A stretch of DNA of 64,000 nt from Thecamonas trahens ATCC 50062 (taxonomy: Eukaryota; Protista; Apusomonadida), in assembly GCF_000142905.1 (NCBI RefSeq), contig NW_013657672.1:328244-392243 (forward strand), given 5' to 3'. The translations under genes and the position numbers were made by a program. The notes under the pieces are model-generated. The model ran no database searches. It was not told the origin of the DNA and saw only the letters and a list, made by a program, of their open reading frames with translations. Below, in pieces: positions 60,529-64,000 of the stretch; the first letter of the stretch is position 1; the number at the start of each line of letters is the position of its first letter.

Positions 60529-63443
60529 CGATTCGCCGAGCTCAATGTCGGCCGAGGTGGGCGGAATGGCGTGCTCGAGCGGCATGGCCATGAACGAGTC
60601 ACGGCGGGTCGGGCGGTTCTTGGGCACGCGGACGGCCACACCCAAGGCGGCGGCATGCGCATCGCCGGCTTGGTTGCGGCGACGGCGGCGGACGACAAAG
60701 AGGGTGGCAACGGCAGCAGCGACGACAACAACGACCGCCAGCGAGACGACCGAGGCGAAGAGCGGGCGGTCGGCGACAAAGGCAGCGGCGCCGGTCGGCT
60801 TGGGCGCGGCGGCGTCGTGGATGCCGGCGCTAGCGCCCTGCGCCCCGGAGACGACGCCGGTGGCACAGCGGAAACGGGCAGTGAGCAGAGTGGCGTCAGC
60901 CTGTACGGCGATGACGGTGCCTACCTGCTCCCGGCCAGCCAGCACGCCAGTCCAGGTAATCGTCTCCTGCGGCTCGGATCGAGTAAAGGTCTCGAGGGTG
61001 AGGCCGAGCGAGGTCGGCGAAGGAATGTCGAGCGAGCCGGAGAAGGCGCCGCCTGCGGGAGTTGCGGCGGGGACGGCGTGCATGGTGAGCAGGCCGGAAG
61101 CCGAGGTGACGGCGGACCAGAGCTCGCCGGGCTCGCCGGTGGTGCCGTCAACAAAGACCGGACCGGCGAAGATGTCGGTGGATGTCGCCGGCTGGGCATG
61201 GACCTGCTCGACGGTGAGAGACACCGAGTCGACAACCACGACCGAGTACTGGTTAGCAGAGCTGACAACGTTGTTCACAAAGTCCCAGGTTCCGACGGCG
61301 CCAAAGGCGATGCGCTCCGAAGCGTGGTCGACGACGGTCATGCCGGTGCCGCGGTAGGGACGGCTAAAGTCGCCACCAAACTCGATGCGGCCGTTCTCTA
61401 TCAGGCTCGAGCCCACCAGGCTGTACTTGATGAACGACGAGGAGCCAAACGAGTGGTGGAAGACAAAGACATAGTTGGCTGTGGAGACAACCGCCACCGA
61501 GTTCTCGTAGAAGAGAAAGTCTGAGGGACCGTGGATCGGGCGGGTGTGTGCAACAAGCTCGAGAGTCGACGAGCCGACTGGCCGCAACGCCACAAGTGTT
61601 GAGGAGACTGCGGTGATCGGGTTGCTCACGCCAAGAACAGCGCCACTCGACTCGACGAGGACAAACACGTCGTGCAACGGCGAGACGTCCATGTGTGTGA
61701 CGAGGATGTCCGCGGCGCTGGGCGGGAGCTCAAAGTATGCAGCGGGCGGGAAGGTGTTGGCGAGCAGGTTGCCGGTGTTGATAGCCGAGACCGGGACGGT
61801 GACGTCAAAGGCAGCCACGACGACGCGAGACGCCGCGACGTCGGCGAGCGGCAAGCCGGAGAGGCCAGGTCCCCGGACATCCACAGCAACATACAGCGTG
61901 GTGCCGTCGGCCGAGGCCGCGCACTGCACACCGTCGACGACACCCGCCAGAAAGTTGGCGTACATCACCTCGTTTGTCACATCGCGGATCACCACCAGCA
62001 CGCCGGCCTGCGACGTGATCGATGAGCACGTCGCCACCGCGCCCACAGCGTAGGTGCTGGGCATGACTGCGACACCAGATCCGCGCGCAGAAGATCCTGT
62101 TTCCAAAGCCTCGGCTTCAACAAAGACCGCATCTTCGGGAGTGGGGCAGCCGGTACTAGGGGTCGGGGCCGGAGTCGGGGCCGGGGTGGGGGCCGGGGTG
62201 GGGGCCGGGGTGGGGGCCGGGGTGGGGGCCGGAGTCGGGGCCGGAGTAGGAGCCGGAGTCGGGGCCGGAGTCGGCGCAGGCGTCGGGGCTGGAGTAGGAG
62301 CCGGAGTGGGGGCCGGAGTCGGGGCCGGAGTCGGGGCTGGAGTAGGAGCCGGAGTGGGGGCCGGAGTCGGCGCAGGCGTCGGGGCTGGAGTAGGAGCCGG
62401 AGTGGGGGCCGGAGTCGGCGCAGGCGTCGGGGCTGGAGTAGGAGCCGGAGTGGGGGCCGGAGTCGGCGCAGGCGTCGGGGCCGGAGTAGGAGCCGGAGTG
62501 GGGCCCGGAGTCGGCGCAGGCGTCGGGGCCGGAGTAGGAGCCGGAGTGGGGGACGGAGTCGGCGCAGGCGTGCTATGGCATGAGTTCTTACCACTCGAGC
62601 TCTGCTTGCATGACGACTTGTCCGTGCTCTTCTTGGTCCCCGAGGACTGTTTCGTGTCCTTGGAATCCTTCGTATCCTTCGTATCCTTCGTATCCTTCGA
62701 TCCCTTGGAACCCTTGGTATCCTTGGTATCCTTCGTACTCTTGGTATCCTTCGTACTCTTGGTATCCTTCGTACTCTTGGTATCCTTCGAGCCCTTCGAG
62801 CCCTTCGAGCCCTTCGAGCCCTTCGAGCCCTTCGAGCCCTTCGAGCCCTGCTTCAGGTGTTAGTTCCCCAGAAAAAAAAATGGCAACCACGAGGATATCC
62901 ACGCACGCATGATACGTTTGCAAGCTAACTTGCCCACCAGGCTCTGCACGCCCTCCAACCCAACGACCCCCTCACACACCATCTGCAGTGCCTGACATGT
63001 GCAATATGACACACACCAAGTCCACTTCCCCTCCCCCCTCCCCCCCCCCCCCCTTCCCCTTCACCACCGTCCCCCCCCCCCCCCCAACCCCTTGGTCAAC
63101 GACGTGGCCGACCAAGCCACCATCCCACACGTACTCTGGTCACCACCAGGTTGTGGCGACGGAGCGGCTCCTCGGCGGCAGAGCGGTCACGGAGGCGAGC
63201 CAATGTAGAAGCAAGCACTGCTGCAGTCTCGGCGACAACCTCTTCATGGTCGTCGTCGTCACCGGCTGCAGCAGGCTCCTTGCTAGGGTGTGGCAAGGCG
63301 ACCTTTGCCACCCCCTCGCGAACACCACCAGCGAACAAGCCAACACCTTGGGCTGCCTCGTCCTCGGCATGCACATACGCAACATGGAGCAGAACAACAG
63401 CAACGGCCACACAGGCCATGCCTACAAACGTTGCTGCTCTCAT
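60490..63443 (-). CDS. Type I cell-surface protein: signal peptide, (G/D/S)-(S/T)-K repeats, PTPA repeats, beta-rich domain, TM, cytoplasmic tail; 2 exons
   Basis: Exon 1 63443-63135 ([26 protein letters not shown]...). Phase-0 intron 63134-62848 (GTACGT...ACTAAC...GCAG). Exon 2 62847-60490 is open for 786 codons. [26 protein letters not shown] followed by RRRRR. Confidence 0.82.
62158..62847. repeat. Coding tandem repeats: 12-nt (PTPA) x ~34 and 9-nt (GSK/DTK/STK) arrays
   Basis: ggggccggagtc-type units at 62158-62571; cttcgagcc x7 at 62785-62847 and related 9-mers from ~62660. Confidence 0.93.
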
Positions 63444-64000
63444 GATGGCGAGCCGAGATGAGTATACCTTGAGTATTCTGGCTCTGGCTTCTCCCCCTCC
63501 CCCCCCCCCCCCCCCACCCCTACACATCTAGGTATGAAGGCATTCGGACACGCCAGACCATATGCCCGACAAAACCTCACAGCACACCGATCACCGCCAT
63601 CACAAGCTTGCCAATGCCAATGCTTGATGATGCGCGACAACAAGTTGCGCGAGATGTACGATGACGAGGTCGCAGCCTTGGGAGCCCGGCTCAATTCTCG
63701 ATGCTGTTGACAACATCATGCACGTCACGTCACCGAGTTCATACATGTGTGGGAATCAGTTTAATGATGCAGACTAGAGGGTCCACGGCCAGCCGAACGT
63801 CGGACGAAGCCCCTGACAGTAGGCAGGGACTGTCCGAGCCCGTCTGGGCGCAGACTTACTCGTGAGCCTCGTCATGCGCGTGAAGCGCTTGGACTTGGGG
63901 CCTGGCCTGAAGGCCAGGGCGTGGATCGGTCCGAGTTCATACAGTCAATGACAATCTGCCCTATTTTGCTGATCTCCTTCCCGCTGCAAACCCTATCACT

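Noticed and set aside
62054-62923. (GAGV)n silk/elastin-like ORF (+) and LEG/YQE ORF (-)
   Set aside because: Alternative frames of the PTPA and GSK repeats. The spliced minus-strand frame gives a coherent signal-peptide-to-TM protein.
189-63694. Hundreds of overlapping 60-450 aa Arg/Pro/Ser-rich ORFs
   Set aside because: Expected stop-poor shadow frames of GC-rich coding DNA, with no domain motifs.
63540-64000. Lower-GC terminal segment, possible transposon relic or ncRNA
   Set aside because: No long ORF, terminal repeats or recognisable RNA motif.

Overview
Gene-dense, GC-rich eukaryotic nuclear DNA from a unicellular flagellate. It resembles an apusomonad such as Thecamonas, but that is inferred from composition, gene set and splice signals only. 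About 35 protein genes are packed with very short spacers. Introns are few, lie near the 5' ends of genes, and mostly use a GTACG(T/C) donor. Recognisable genes: a Clu-domain/TPR protein, KATNAL2, a GCK (twin-Cys) protein, neutral ceramidase, ARMH3, LAMTOR1, DLAT, LSM3, a Dbf2/Sid2-type NDR kinase, Pet127, Tra2, a TauD-like dioxygenase, a SUC/SLC45 transporter, an aldo-keto reductase, an E-Syt-like SMP-C2 protein, a DUF4807-like protein, TSG101, a LIM-RhoGEF, a JmjC protein and an MFSD6-like transporter. Most notable observations: (1) a kinase-less Hippo/MST-like protein (PH domain, repeated GTM linker motifs, KPSFL motif, SARAH-like helix) about 5 kb from the Dbf2-type kinase; (2) an orphan squalene synthase first exon facing a second orphan first exon; (3) five apparent frameshifts, all -1; (4) GATC-rich arrays in three divergent promoters; (5) introns with purine-rich 3' ends; (6) several unusual domain fusions. 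There are five N gaps, each next to C/G-rich low-complexity sequence. No tRNA, rRNA, CRISPR array or transposon could be supported.
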